From NCBI GenBank assembly GCA_013239625.1, contig MU053994.1:1677775-1741774 (forward strand): a stretch of 64,000 nucleotides of DNA, read 5' to 3'. This DNA is from Lama guanicoe. Lineage: Eukaryota. Under the pieces are notes generated by a model. The model ran no database searches. It saw only the letters and a list, made by a program, of their open reading frames with translations, and was not told the DNA's origin. Of this stretch, positions 49,170 to 61,564 are shown piece by piece. Within the stretch, counting starts at the first letter, position 1, and every line of letters starts with the position of its first letter. A program made the position numbers and the translations under genes.

Positions 49170-50060
49170 TGTAGCATCTCCTGCTGATGCCCCACCCCAT
49201 ATCCCCTCTGGACACCCAAGTTCCCCTGCAGCTATGATGGAGAGTCTGCACACTAATGGCTTCCCACCTCAGCTGCCAGCATCTCTTGGCTCCTCTGTCT
49301 CAGGGCTTCCTCCAGCATCAGGGGCAAGCTGGCTACATAATTTGAGGGACACGGTGCAAAATGACAATGTGGCCCCTTCTCCAAAAAACAGGACACAAGT
49401 TTTTCCCTCTCTCTCTTGACCTGTCATAATGATTTTTATTTGTTACTTAATGTTGCACTCCCTCTGGCAAGTGTTATTCTCAGGACAAGGGACGACCTCA
49501 GCGAAGCCTCACCCCACAGCTTGACGCATGCCCAGTTCTCCCCATGCCCACGCCAGGCTCCCGCTGATGCAGAAATCAGCAGTGCTGTCAGGTTGGGGTG
49601 ATGGAGCAGTCAGCCAAGAACCCATTCCAGCGAGGCGGGTGGTGGAAAGGTGGGGAGGCAGGGGAGGCAGGACCACAATGAACATATGCTCCGTTGTTCC
49701 ATTAGATTTCACTGACAACACCCAGTTTCAAAGAAGAAATTATTAAAAATTGCAAGATGGTGACTGCAAGGCTCACCCCTAAAGCGGGAGGAAATTAACC
49801 TGGGGGCAACCTACAACCAACTGGGGCTACAGTCAGTGGGTAAATGCTAAACCTGTCCTCCAGTGGAACAATTCTGAGATACGTTCTGCTTGTTCTACTC
49901 AGAGAGTCCCAGTGGGATGGAGCCCAGCTGCCCACAGCAGCAACTTATTCACGAATGCATCCTTTATTGGCTGCTCTCCCCATACTCATTGGTGCTTCCC
50001 ACAACTGGTACCGATTGCCCATATTTCAATGTCTTCTTTGGAAGGAACCCAAACTAAGCC
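49170..50060 (+). mobile_element. ERVL solo LTR (LTR16-like) split by a MER45-like insertion
   Basis: 5' tgtagcatctcctgctgatgccccaccccatatcccct; 3' ggaaggaacccaaactaag. Confidence 0.7.
49318..49775 (+). mobile_element. hAT-Tip100 element (MER45-like)
   Basis: ggctacataatttgagggacacggtgcaaaatgacaatgtggcccctt and attattaaaaattgcaagatggtgac. Confidence 0.7.
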
Positions 50061-50077
50061 CCCCAAGTGTTTGGGGA

Positions 50078-50508
50078 TTTTGTTGGTTTCCCAGGGCTGC
50101 TGCCACGAAATACCACAAATTGCGTGGCTGAGAACCACAGAAATGGATTTTCTCACAGTTCTGGGGGCTAGAAGTCCAAAATCAAGGTGTTGGCTGGGCT
50201 ATGCTCCCTCCAAAGCCTGTAGAGGAGGATCCTTTCTTGCCTTTTCCAGCTTCCGGTAGCCTCAAGCATTTCTTGGCTTGTAGATGCATCACTTTAATCT
50301 CTGCTTCCATCACCGCATGGCTGTCTTCTCCCTGTGTGTCTCTGTGTCTCTTTCCTCTTACAGGGACACTGATTATATTGGATTAGGAGCATGACCTCAA
50401 CTAGTTATATCAGCCATAACCCTATTTCCAAATAAGATCACATTCTGAGGTGCTGGGGTTAGAACTTCAACGTATCTTTTTGGGTAGACATACAACCCAA
50501 GGTCATAA
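50078..50508 (-). mobile_element. MaLR solo LTR (MLT1B/C-like)
   Basis: tctcacagttctgggggctagaagtccaaaatcaaggtgttgg...ccctatttccaaataagatcacattctgagg. Confidence 0.9.
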
Positions 50509-50564
50509 TGGGAGGTCATTAGAAAAGTCTTCATGGACAGGGAGAACTTGACCTATGTCTCCAA

Positions 50565-50700
50565 GCAATATTTCTCATTATTGTGCTGGTGACTCACCTG
50601 GAAATTGTGTCCAAATGCAGATTCTCATTGGGTATGTCTGGATGGAGCCTGAGAATCTGCATTTTTACCACACTCCCTGGTGATGCTGATACAGCTTTCC
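50565..50700. mobile_element. MER5-like MITE fragment
   Basis: aatgcagattc...gcctgagaatctgcattttta...ggtgatgctgat. Confidence 0.7.
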
Positions 50701-51359
50701 TATAAGGGTCAGAGAAGGAAAATGGTAGATGGGTCCATATTCCGCTGCCATGACTTGGTTCTAATAAACCTCAGACTCAAGGGTGACATCTTTCCCACCA
50801 TGAGGGAGTGGAGAAAGCTGTCACTCATGCCCCTTGTTTGGTGGAATTTTGGTGGTAGGCCATCTCATAGGTCACTGGCCAGCCTGTGACTTGGTTGTCT
50901 TTGGATAAGTGCCCATCCACCCTTGGTCCAGTCAACACACGTTAATGGTGGCAGCATCCTGTGGCATTGGCCTGGAGACTTTCCGGAAGGAATTTCTCAG
51001 GAGAACACTATGCATGTGGTAGGAATTCTGAGCCTTGGTCTTGCTAATAGTATAAACAATTTATATCAAAAGGATTTGAAAACTGAAACATGCTGTTCAA
51101 ATATTGAGATGCAGATATTTTGATGACTCAGAGGGCATCAAGAGGTGAGGCAGTAAAGTAAACCAATCTAGACACATTCAGGGCTCAAACCAACCCACTG
51201 ACTTGAGAACGGATTTGCTCAGACTCTCCAGGGTTAGCTAAGACTTTCATTGGCTAAGTAACTCAAAGGGCCCTGTGGTCTTAACCCAGCTCTGTTGCAA
51301 GGAGATTTCAGACCTCCCCAGTGTGTGCCCATCTGGTTTCAAGAATTCTACTTTATTAG

Positions 51360-51720
51360 GTGTATTAGTCAGCCATTTCTGTAGTAATGCTGTATAACAG
51401 ACCATCCCCAACCTCAGCAGTTTACCAAACAAACCTTTATTTTTCTTGCTCACAGATCTACCAGTCATCTGGGGATGACCTGCTTCAGGCTTTTAAATGG
51501 GTTAGAGGTGGCTCCATGTATCTCCTTGGACCACTGTCTACTCAAGACATTGTCCACGACAGATGTGCAAAGGATCTGAACAGAGAAGCACAAGACAGGT
51601 ACCCTGTCACTCTTGCCAACATTCCCTCCGACAAAGCACATCACATGGCTGAGCCCAGTGTCAGGAGAAGGGGTGTACATGCTTCCTAGTCTCATGAGAA
51701 CTACTGAGAAATCACATGAC
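51360..51720 (-). mobile_element. MaLR LTR (MLT1I/J-like)
   Basis: tgtattagtcag...aatgctgtataacagaccatccccaacctcag...tcacatggctgagcccag. Confidence 0.75.
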
Positions 51721-52444
51721 AACCTACTGGTTGTCAAGGGTCAACTCTGTTGACCCCTACGTTGGTAACCTGCTCTGTGAGTATCATATCAAGTGCATTT
51801 CCATTGATTTCCCCCATCTTGGCTATTTTCTTCATTAAATTCAGAATTCACTAAGCATTGAGAGTTATATGTATGTCCTTTATGTAATCATAACAGGCAT
51901 TCCACAAAGTCTCTTCCCATCCCTGGGAATTTTTGTCTTGTTTTAGCCTAAGATGGTTTTAGAGTAGGGGCTCATTAATGCACCCAAATTTTTACTCCTT
52001 TGGTAACTATGATTTAGGCTGATGTGAAGTAACCCTAAAAGGGTTTTCCAGGAACAGAATTTGCTCCTAAGACAGAGGAGAGCAGTACAAGTGGCTAAGT
52101 GTGGAGGAGGGGTGTCTGGAAAATGGGCAGAAGCACAAATATGCTCACCCCTCCTCATAAGTGGCCAGCCCAGTGAGAGCAAGACAGGACAGGGTTCTAA
52201 GGGGAGCGTGCTTCTCCCCTGGCCCCACGCCAGGGTGGAGGGAGGGCTTCTTGCTCTTTCTCTATGAGGTTTCCCCTACCCTTCCCCCAACTCTCCTACC
52301 AGCCAGCCCCCGGCTCCTGTGCGTTAGAACACCGCTCCCCACCAGCTCTCCACTTGAACAGTCTCTCCTGAGTCCACGTGAGTGCTGGGACCCAGGGTGA
52401 GCATAGGAGTTTTGAAGTCCTTAGTTAAGGGGACAGTTTGGATG

Positions 52445-52700
52445 GACACAATGGTCAAAGGCCAGGCTTTGAGGTCAAATATAGTGAACTCAATTCCTGG
52501 TTCCACCACTCACCAGCTGGGGATGTAGGGCAAGTTGTTTAAGTCTTTGGGCCTCAGTTTCTTCATCTATAAAGTGGGAATAATAACACTATGAGCCACG
52601 CATACACACACACACACTCACAGTGTTGTCAATATCCAGTGTGATGCATTTTAGAAAGAGGTTGGCCCGGCCTCTGGCAATTGGCCTTCACTCAGTAGAT
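52445..52700 (+). mobile_element. MIR with short internal (CA)n
   Basis: ttcctggttccaccactcaccagctg...gggcctcagtttcttcatctataaagtggg. Confidence 0.85.
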
Positions 52701-52717
52701 GGGAGCTAGCATGGCTC

Positions 52718-53010
52718 CACAGTCCCTTATCCAATCACAGGGACAGATAAGCTTCAGACTTCAGAATTTTTCATTTTTAGGAAGATCTTACGGTGCATTT
52801 GCCATATATGATGAGAGACTCCATACTTCACAATCAAACGTTATCATTTCTGCAGCAAAATGTATGAATATTCACATGCACTGGAATTAAATAAGGCTTT
52901 AAGTCGCCTCACAGTAGTTCAGGCCAGTTTTTGCCATCAAAGGAGTTTTGACCAAATCTTCATTTTTCCAGGATTTGAGGATTTGGGTCCTGCGGGTGAC
53001 TAGATATATT
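52718..53010 (-). mobile_element. MER46C-like Tigger MITE
   Basis: tcccttatcc...ttcagaattttt...tttctgcagcaaaatgtatgaatattcaca...gttcaggccagttttgcca. Confidence 0.8.
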
Positions 53011-53654
53011 AGTAGGTTACAAGCATACAGACTGCGAGTGAGAAGCAGGAACCCTGTGGGGGAAAGGGCAGGTGGCTCTGGGCAGAGCCTTCTTCTGTTT
53101 GGGGCTCGACAAGCATCCTCCTGGGGTCAAGGGGAGAAGGGAGACGAATGGGAAACTGGCCACTAGGCAGACGGTGCTGGGAAAGGAGCACAGACTGTTC
53201 CTACATTTCGAGCAGCATCATTTTGTTCCCCGGAGGCCTAGAAAATATTCGTTCTCAGACCCCTCTATCAGACGCCGGGTAGCTGAATAAATGGATGCAA
53301 GGCTGTGAATAAATAAACAAACAGGAGAGATAGGGAACGGCTGGATTTTGCATCCTAAGAGAGCTAGATGAGCCAGACACCCCTTTCTACTGGACATTCC
53401 AGAAAGTGCCCTGAAGGACCACTGGTGATGCCCTGGTGGGAGGTGCTGGTCCAGGTGAGCATCACCTGACTGCCAGCCATGGGGCAGAAGGAAACAGAGC
53501 TGAGATGACCTCTCGCCAAAGGAAATTGGCCTGGGGAGACATTTGGCCCTATAGCCCAGGAATTTCATAAGCCCCAGGAACCAAATAATTCTATTATCCT
53601 GTGTTTTGTTCCCAGGTTCCTGATAGCAGCCTCTGGTCGATCGTTAGTAGCAAC

Positions 53655-53698
53655 TGTGTGTGTGTGTGTGTGCGCGTGCGTGTGTGCGTGTGTGTGTG
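53655..53698. repeat. 44-bp alternating purine/pyrimidine tract (TG/CG)
   Basis: Uninterrupted alternation including cgcg and cg steps. Confidence 0.95.
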
Positions 53699-54199
53699 GT
53701 GTGCCTATGTAACAACAGAGACACACGGAGAAAAGAAAACAATGGTTTTCTCTAAGCCCCAAAGGGAGGAGATCCAGTGCTCCAGAGCCGAGCTGAGGGA
53801 GGGAGAGTCGCATGTCCTCCTCTCCGTGTCTTCTTATTTTGCATTTCTCATTACATCCGCATGTCACGGGGCTGCTGGCTGATTTATAATTTATTGGTTT
53901 AGTGTCTCGCGGCAGGGAAAGGATGCTATGCTATATTTTTCAGGGACACTCAATTCAACTTTGGTGAGGCAGCCAGGGCCACAGCTGTGAGGGGCATGGA
54001 AGACAGATGTGTGAAGTAGGGGGGCAGTGGGCCCAGGGTTACCTGGGCCGTCCTGGCTAAATGCTGGCTACCATCAGGGATGCTGGCCTGCGTGGGGATT
54101 TTATTTAAGTGGAGGTTTTCTAATTGGATTTAGAAAATTCCATCTGCAGCAGGCACGTAAACATGCATCCAGAATTTGGGGCACTGGGGGAGCCCTGCT

Positions 54200-54930
54200 T
54201 CCCTGGGTTTCCCATGGCAGACTCTGAGACAAGGATTCTTGTAAGAGTGATTTCACTAAGAAATTCTGCCGGGAAAAGAGGTGTGAGAGTGTATTTGTTT
54301 GCTAGGGCTGCCGTAACCAATTACCACACACTGAGTGGCTTACACAACAAAAATGTATCGTCCCGCCGTTCTGGAGGCCAGAAGTTCAAGATCACAGTGT
54401 GGGCAGGGTTGGTTCCGCCTGAGGGTGTGAGGGAGAATCTGTTCCCGGCCCCTCCCCCAGCTTCCGGTGGTTTGCTGGCAGTCTTTGGCGTCCCTTGGCT
54501 TGTAGAAGCATCCCCGCCATCTCTGCCTTCATCCTCACATGGCGCGTTCCCTATACGCATGTTTCCGTGTGCAAATTTTCCTCCTTTAAGGGCACCAGTC
54601 ATATTCAATTAAGGCCCACCCTCATGGCCTCGTTTTAACTTGATTACCTCTGTAGAGATTCCATCTCCCAATCAGGTCACATTCTGAGGTCCTTGGGAGT
54701 CAGGACTTCAACATGTGGATTTGGAAGGGACACAATTCCACCTCTAGCAGGAAGTGAGGAAGTGACACAAGGAAAGGAAGGAGGCCCAGCGCGGGGACAA
54801 CGTCAAGCCAAGTCCCTCAGAGGGGAACTTGGGCTCAACCTTGCAAGGCATTCTGGGGCAGGGGATGGAGGGCACCCTCAGAGGTGCCTGACTGGGGAGC
54901 AAGGGAGCCAGGGTATTGGTTAGAGGAGGC
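54200..54930 (-). mobile_element. ERVL LTR (LTR16-like) split by MLT1C
   Basis: gcagactctgagacaaggattcttgtaagagtgattt; resumes at 54750 with ggaagtgaggaagtgacacaaggaaagg. Confidence 0.65.
54290..54749 (-). mobile_element. MaLR solo LTR (MLT1C-like)
   Basis: tgtatttgtttgctagggctgccgtaac...ggtcacattctgaggt...ggacacaattc...tagca. Confidence 0.9.
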
Positions 54931-55249
54931 CCCCAGAGGGATATCCATTCCCAGGCACCCCCTGCCCTCCTAGGACACAGATAAAACGGGTGCTGGCTGT
55001 TAAGAACGAAAGCAACTAGAAAAGGGTGTGCACAAACATGGAAGGATTTCATGGGGGCGTGGGGACCACTGACAGCATTTGCTGTGAGCCCTCAAGTCCC
55101 ATTTCCACCCAGAGGTGACTGGCTGCCTTGCTGGTGTGCACCCTCCCGCCGGTGGTGGCCGCATGCCCACGCCAGGGCCTGCAGGGGAGGCAAAAACAGG
55201 GACACGAGAGCACACCTTCCCAGAAAAGCCTAGGCCGATGTTGAAAAGC

Positions 55250-55710
55250 CAGTTGTCGTTCCGCTTAGCTTTTGTCAGTAGATTTCCTTGCAGGGAGGTG
55301 CGGCGGGGAGCGATGTACAGACAGGCAAGAGGACCGGGCATTCTTGTGTCAAACAGGGAAAAGGAAATCCACTTCGGGTAAAGTGGCAATGATCGACTCT
55401 TGGGGTTAGAATCACGGTCTTTGATTGAATAACATGGCAGGGTTTTGATTCAATAGTAATCCGATTTGGGTGGCACACCAATAATAAATTCTGCAGCAAA
55501 CTGAAAAATTCTGTAGGGTAATGGAAAGCATTCGAACCCCATGGTTTTCATTGAATTAAATATGAAAATGTATCATACAATCGATATGGCAATATTTGAT
55601 TCAATCAGCATTTCGGGATGAGAACCGTTTTCTCCCATTTGTTTTTATGCTGTCGCAAAATATTTCAATTTGCTTCAGAATTTATTATTGACAAATCACC
55701 CTAACGGCCG
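55250..55710. promoter_or_regulatory. AT-rich candidate conserved non-coding element with homeodomain-type sites
   Basis: TGATTGAATAA 55422, TGATTCAATAG 55446, TCATTGAATTA 55548, AATCGATA 55579, TGATTCAATCA 55597. Confidence 0.45.
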
Positions 55711-56084
55711 TTGGGGGTTGGAGTGGGGAGCTTGTCACAGAGGATTGGCAGCTGAGAGATGGTGGGGGCCAAAGCAGCCCCCCGAGAAATGGCCAGGGAT
55801 AGTGGAATGCTCAGGTGAATTTCTAGAAAGAAGCTGATTATGCACAGCAGGGAGAAAGATGAGGACATTTGTCACTGGGAGGAAGGAGGCAGGACAGGGG
55901 TCCCTGCCTTTCCTCTGGATGGGGGGCTGATTTTGGCAGCAAGGGCCTGCCCTGGGCAAAATTATGAGGCAGGCAGAGGGGGGCACCCCCACCTCCTCTG
56001 CTCTCTGTGACTCCTGCCCTCAAGAAGAAAGGGCTTTTATCTGTAACCCTGCAGTCAGTGGCCTGGTGCTGTGTTACAGACACC

Positions 56085-56345
56085 AACGCGGAGTCTCAGA
56101 AACGTGGGTCTGATACGGGATCTTCCACTAACTAGCTGTGTGGCCTCGGGTAAGTGACTTAACTGCTCTGTGCTTCTATTTCCTTATTTCTGGACTAGTG
56201 ATAAAATATGCCCTTCCTCATAGAGCTGGTTGTAATGATTACACAAATGCATAGTAAATGAATCTGTGTCTGTTCAGGACTTCATAAACAACCAGAAAAT
56301 GGAGGTGATTATTATTATTATTACCATCATCATCATCATCATCAT
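56085..56345 (+). mobile_element. MIR ending in (ATT)n(ATC)n microsatellite
   Basis: ccactaactagctgtgtggcctcgggtaagtgacttaactgctctgtgc. Confidence 0.85.
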
Positions 56346-56346
56346 T

Positions 56347-56815
56347 CTATCAATTACTTATTGCTGTGTAATTAGCTTACACTCTAGAACATAGTGGCTT
56401 AAAACAGTAATGATTCTGATGATCAGTCTTGGATTGGGCTGGGCTCCACTGATCTTGGCTAGGCTCACACGGGTGTTTGCGGTGGGAGGATCAGCTGTGG
56501 GCTGGCTGGTCCTGAGTGACCTCACTCAGTTGGCTGGCTGTTGGCAATGGCGGTAACAGGGCCATGTATATCGCAGCCTTCAGCAGACTCTACCAAGCCG
56601 GTGACATGGTAGAGTCCAGGTGTAGCGAGAGGGAAAGCCTCGATGTGCATATGATACTCAAGTCTCTACCGTGGCACATTGGCTGATGTCCCCCATGGGC
56701 CAGAGCGTGATACCAGATTCAAGGGATGGAGAAAAGCTTCCCCTCCTGATCCACGCATACACATTTCAAGGACATTCATCCAAGGAGAGGAAGAATCTGT
56801 GGCCATTTTTGCACA
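56347..56815 (-). mobile_element. MaLR solo LTR (MLT1G/H-like)
   Basis: tattgctgtgtaa...tagtggcttaaaaca...cagattcaagggatggagaaa...tgtggccatttttgca. Confidence 0.8.
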
Positions 56816-57454
56816 TGGTCATTATTGTCATCATTTCTTTGAAAGTGCTTGTCATATCTCCCCCGGTATAAAGCTGTTAACGTGAAACACCTCCCTCACT
56901 AGCCCAGAGCTCCTTGAGGGCAGAGTATCCTTGCATCTTTTGTACCCAGCAAGGCGGTAGGCACTCGGAAATGCTTTCTGAATGAATTATAAAAGTATAA
57001 TGAGATAATCGTATAAGAAAACTGCATCTAGAAAGGCATTCATCCTAAAGAGTTAAGTCATCAAAATCGCATGCCTCATAATAGTGAATTTTTAAGCTAA
57101 TGGCAGGAAAAGGGCATGGTTTAACATCAACAGAAGCTTGGGGTAAAATTCTACTAATCATTGGCAGGTGGCTATTTTAGAGTCTTTCTTTCCTATTCCT
57201 CACATTGCACCATTAGACAACTTTCCACTCCACTTACAAGTACGGTTGCCCCATTTTTGGCTCCTGGGGAGAGGGGGTAGCCGATAGGGGTTGCTCTTCT
57301 CCCCAAGTCTTAATTAATCACCCACGGGGTTCTGGACTTTACCATCCCACTGGCTCCAAGCATGCTTAGGAAGAGGCAGAAAGAGCTAGCGGAAGTTCAT
57401 TGAAATTGAGGAAAGTGATGAGATCAAGGTCAAGCAGGACCTAAGAGGTCTGTA

Positions 57455-57575
57455 ATCAGTCAACCAATCAGACATGTCCAGAACCTACTATGTGTCAGCA
57501 GCTGCCTTGGACACTGGGGATACTTCAGTGAGCAAGACAGATAAAGGCTATGCTCTCCTGGGGCTCCCGCTCTAA
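57455..57575 (-). mobile_element. L2 3' end fragment
   Basis: acctactatgtgtcag...gacactggggatacttcagtgagcaagacaga. Confidence 0.75.
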
Positions 57576-57849
57576 TATCTGATCCAAAGAGATCGAAGCC
57601 AGAGAAGGCAGGAGCCAGGAGCTATCTCAGAGACGAGAGTGAACAACATTCAAATCCTGAGCACAGTGGCATGAAGTCTGTTCCATCTCAGCTACCCACA
57701 ACCCCAGCACTCCCTCCAGGCAGAAACACAGCAGGCAGAATGGTGCCGGTATCAAGCTCTTGGGAAAGAAATCCCAGATCTGCCATGTCCGGGACATCCT
57801 AAGCATACGTCCCAGTCCCTTTTCTGAGTTTGTACATTTTACGTAGTAC

Positions 57850-58500
57850 ATTTTACATGTACAAACTCATTTAATCTACGCAGCAACACCATAACTGTAT
57901 CAATCAGCTTGTGCTGCATAACAGATAATCACAAAATTTTGTAACATACAACAGTCAACATTTATTCCTCAAGCATCTACAGGATTCAGCTGATCTAGGC
58001 TGGGCTGGGCTGGGAAGCTTTGCTGATCTCATTTGCACTTGCACATGTATCTGGAGGGCAGCAGGGATGAGCTGATCTAGGCTGTCCTCAGCTGGGGCAA
58101 TTCAGCTCAGTTCCACGTCTCATTTTCCAGCCTGCACATCCTTATGTCCATGGCAGAAGCACAAGAGAGCAAGCCTCAATGCACAAACTCCAAGCATCTG
58201 CTTGTGTCAACTCTACTAACATCCCATTGGCTGAAGCATGTCATGTGACTGAGCTCAAAATCAAGGGGTCAGCAGTCCATCTGCCACAGCAAGAGGGCAC
58301 TGAAAAATTTCAAGGCAAAGGGCTTAGGGCTGGAAAATTTGGGTCAATAAGGTAATCCACCACAACGAAGTAGGTACTATCATTAAGCCCATTTTACAAA
58401 TAGGAAAACTGAGCACAAAAAGTTTAAGGTACTTGTCCAAGGCAACCCAGCTAGTCATTGGTGTATCCAGAATTCAATCTCAAGACAGCTGCTCTTACTC
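57850..58500 (-). mobile_element. MIR split by a MaLR LTR (MLT1H/I-like, about 57896-58364)
   Basis: MIR ctcatttaatct...caacacc [tgtatcaatcagc...aatccaccaca] agtaggtactat...cccattttacaaataggaaaactgag. Confidence 0.8.
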
Positions 58501-59264
58501 CTCTTTACCATTTCACTTCTTAGCTCTGGCTTAATCCAAAGATAAATCTAAGAGTATGCGATCTATAGACTTTATCTCCTTCAGGAAATCCTCCATAATT
58601 TTTTTTTCTTCCAGCCTTTGGCAAGCCTGAAGCTACTGTGCATCCAAGATTAGACTCCTGGTCAAACACCCAGGGTTTGGGAATTAAGTGTTACCATTTG
58701 GATGTGGAACCACATGCTTTAACAATTAGCAGCGCTGGGTTTTGACATGTGGGGAAACTGAGGCGCCTGGTCAGGACACAACCTGATACAAAGATCTCTC
58801 TCCCTGTTGTGGGAAGCAGGGGAGGGGTTCCAAGGCAGCGCCCTAGGCAAAGCCAAGGTTTTACTCAGAACATTATTTTGGTCCTTTTTCGTGCAGAGGG
58901 TAAAAAAAAAAGAAAGAAAGAAAGAAAGAAAAAAAAGCAACCCCAGAGCTGCCTCCCGTGGAGTACTGTATCTTAAGCAATTTTGGATCATAGACTCTTC
59001 GAGAATTAATGGAAGTAAAGGACCCTGTGACTTATCTTATCTGTGATAGGGTCAGGATATAATAATTTTAGGCTGGACAACTTCTAAAGTAGATGTCCAT
59101 TTCTGTCCTGCCAGTTTCAGTAAAGCGCTCATAGGCTGTTGAACTTGGAGCCATGGAACGTCCTGGCATCCCTTTTGAGAGCAACTTGGGACAAAATATA
59201 CCCCTGGCTGAATTCCAAGTCAAGAGAGGGTCCTCCTTGAAGAAGCCTCTGCCCCTCTCAAGAC

Positions 59265-59460
59265 AGACTTAGGAACCAGACAGATGTGAATTCAAATCCT
59301 GGCTCTGCATCTACCAGTTGTGGGACCTCGAACCTTCATTTCATTGTGGTTAAACTGGAAATTACAGTACCGACAGCGGCGGGCTAGGGGAAGGGTTGAA
59401 TTAAATCATACATATCCTAGCACCAAGAACATTCCCTGCATGTAGCAGGTGCTGGGTCTA
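59265..59460 (+). mobile_element. MIR
   Basis: ttcaaatcctggctctgcatctaccagttgtgggacct. Confidence 0.7.
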
Positions 59461-59539
59461 TGACAGTCCCTTGTCTTCTCCTAGGGACACCAGAGAAATA
59501 AGTTGTCATCTCCAGAAGGCCAGCTGGTGACAGCAGCGG

Positions 59540-60066
59540 CACCGGCATCTGCACGTGGTACCTGTTTATGCCCCACCTGCTATCAGGCAGGTGCTGCCAG
59601 GAGGCAGCCCTCACCCACAGAGAAGCAGGTAAGCAACCTTTGCTGTAGAGGACACGTGTTGCTGATGGGTGGCAGCAACTGTGCAGGGACATTGAATCAC
59701 CCAGAAACTAGGATCAGCTGGAAGCCATTAGCACTCCCAGGACAAGGGGAGGGAAGAGTGTTACATGGAAGCCCAAGGGGAGGTGGAACCTTGGAGGGAG
59801 ATCCTCCAGCAGACCCTGCAGTGATGGGGGGAGGATGGCCTTCCTCGTAACAGAGAGGTGAGCAAGGAGGGGGCAAAGGAGAAATATCTCGACGTCTCTC
59901 TCCCCTTAGCCTCCAATCTGTTGCTTACAACTGGCCAAACCGAACTAAAAGCCAACTGGCAAGGAACCCAAAGAATCAATCCACGGAGCTGGGTCTCCAG
60001 GACACAGAACATAGGGGACAATGGTAGAAATGGATCTTGGAGGGCCAACAGAGGACACCCAGCACA
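59540..60066 (-). mobile_element. ERVL solo LTR (LTR33-like)
   Basis: tggccaaaccgaactaaaagccaactggcaagg...tggatcttggagggccaacagaggacacccagcaca is the reverse LTR33 5' end. Confidence 0.7.
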
Positions 60067-60124
60067 CACCTATACCCTGATATTTGCTCTTGAGACTCGT
60101 CTGGGCATCTGTTGTTCCTGTAGG

Positions 60125-60311
60125 ACGGTGGTTCTCCTGTCGCAGCCGACCAGCAAATCCCCTGAAGGGCTTGTTAAACAGATTCCTGGGCCCAACACCC
60201 AAAGTTTCTGATTCTGAGGTCTGGGATGTTGCCCCAGAATCTGTATTTCTAACAAGTTCCCAGGTGATGTTGACGCTGCAGGTCTGAGGACCACACTTAG
60301 AGATCCACAGC
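60125..60311. mobile_element. MER5A-like MITE
   Basis: gtggttctc...agggcttgttaaacagattcctgggccc...atttctaacaagttcccaggtgatg...ggaccacact. Confidence 0.9.
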
Positions 60312-60606
60312 TTTCTAACATGAGATTTCTTGAGGGCAGCTTCCGTTCTTCTGTGCATAGCATTTGAATATGCCTTCTACACCCAGGACAGCCCCATGGC
60401 CAGCAGAACCGTGTGCAGCTCAGAACCACGTGGGGCAGCCCTCCGCAGCACCCCTCACCCGACAGCCCCGGTGCCACGGACCCTGCCAGGTGGGCTGGCC
60501 TTGCCTCGCCTTAATTCACCCTGTCCATGCCCCCTCCAGGCCTCGTCTTCTGCCTAATCCTTGTGAAGGCTCTCAATTTTTCCTGCCCAGTTGCCCATAG
60601 TTAACA

Positions 60607-60607
<1 letters not shown>

Positions 60608-60652
<45 letters not shown>
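60608..60652. repeat. Perfect (CA)22 microsatellite
   Basis: Read directly. Confidence 0.95.
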
Positions 60653-60654
<2 letters not shown>

Positions 60655-61388
60655 AGGGGAAAACATGCATGCGTGAACAAACATGCTCCGATTAGCTGCA
60701 CCTGGATGCCTGGTCCATTTCCTTTGGGAAGATGAGTCAACCACTCCTTGGGGTCCTGCGACATCCTGTGCTCAGGCCAGGAGGTCACAACTCCTGGTCA
60801 CGCAACATTGCCTCTCTGCAGGCAGCCCTGCCAATCTGCAGCTCCGCCTGACATCTTTGTTTTAGGGGAAATGAACACAGAATACTGCTGGGTCCCTGCC
60901 AAACTGGGTCAACCGTGCCCCCTCTTCGGTCCCCTGATGGGCTGAGACCCATCCAAGAGCTGCCTTCCTCTTCCCCTTCTTGTTCTCATCCGGCTCTTTG
61001 TCTGCAATAGCCCTTTCCTCGGCTTGCTGCTTTGTGAATGTCACTCTAACAGCCTCTCCTGTCTTCCATCTTCACTAAGCAGCTGCTGGAGTAATACATG
61101 AGATGCCCTAGGGAGTGTCAGCAGCGGAAAAGGCCTCCTGGGGACACAGGTTGTTTGGGCCCCTTCTTCTGGGGTCCCCACTCCCATTCCGTGTGGTTTG
61201 AGTCTGACTCTCGGTCCCATCATCCTATGCCCCCTCCTCAACTCCAGCCACCAGGCAACAAGTGACCTCGTCCTGACCAATCAGCACAGCCCATTCCCCA
61301 GGACATGGAGCTCAGTCTGGGGCTGGGCCTGAGAGCCAAGCATGGGCCATTAGACTGATTTCCTGGGCTGAATGTGCAGACACCAAAG

Positions 61389-61564
61389 CAGCACTGTGCT
61401 GGACCCCTCCTTCCTCAGCTTGTCAGAGACAAAAATGTGCAGCTCTTGGGTGCCTTGAAATGGACCAGCATGAGAATATTTGCAGTATGGAGAAATCAGC
61501 AAATGCTACACATCAGAGCTTTTTTATTTGAAAGAGTCAGTCATTAAACCCCAACACACAACTG
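61389..61564 (-). mobile_element. MER63A-like hAT MITE
   Basis: gaaatcagcaaatgctacacatcagagcttttt; degenerate TIRs cagcactgtgctgg / ccaacacacaactg. Confidence 0.7.

Noticed and set aside
51738..51756. Inverted repeat GGGTCAAC-tct-GTTGACCC as ERE or RNA hairpin
   Set aside because: Half-site spacing is 7 rather than 3, and an 8-bp stem is expected by chance in 64 kb.
50078..60066. Run of about seven minus-strand LTRs suggesting a plus-strand transcription unit
   Set aside because: A run of this length among about 30 elements is plausible by chance, and no exons support it.
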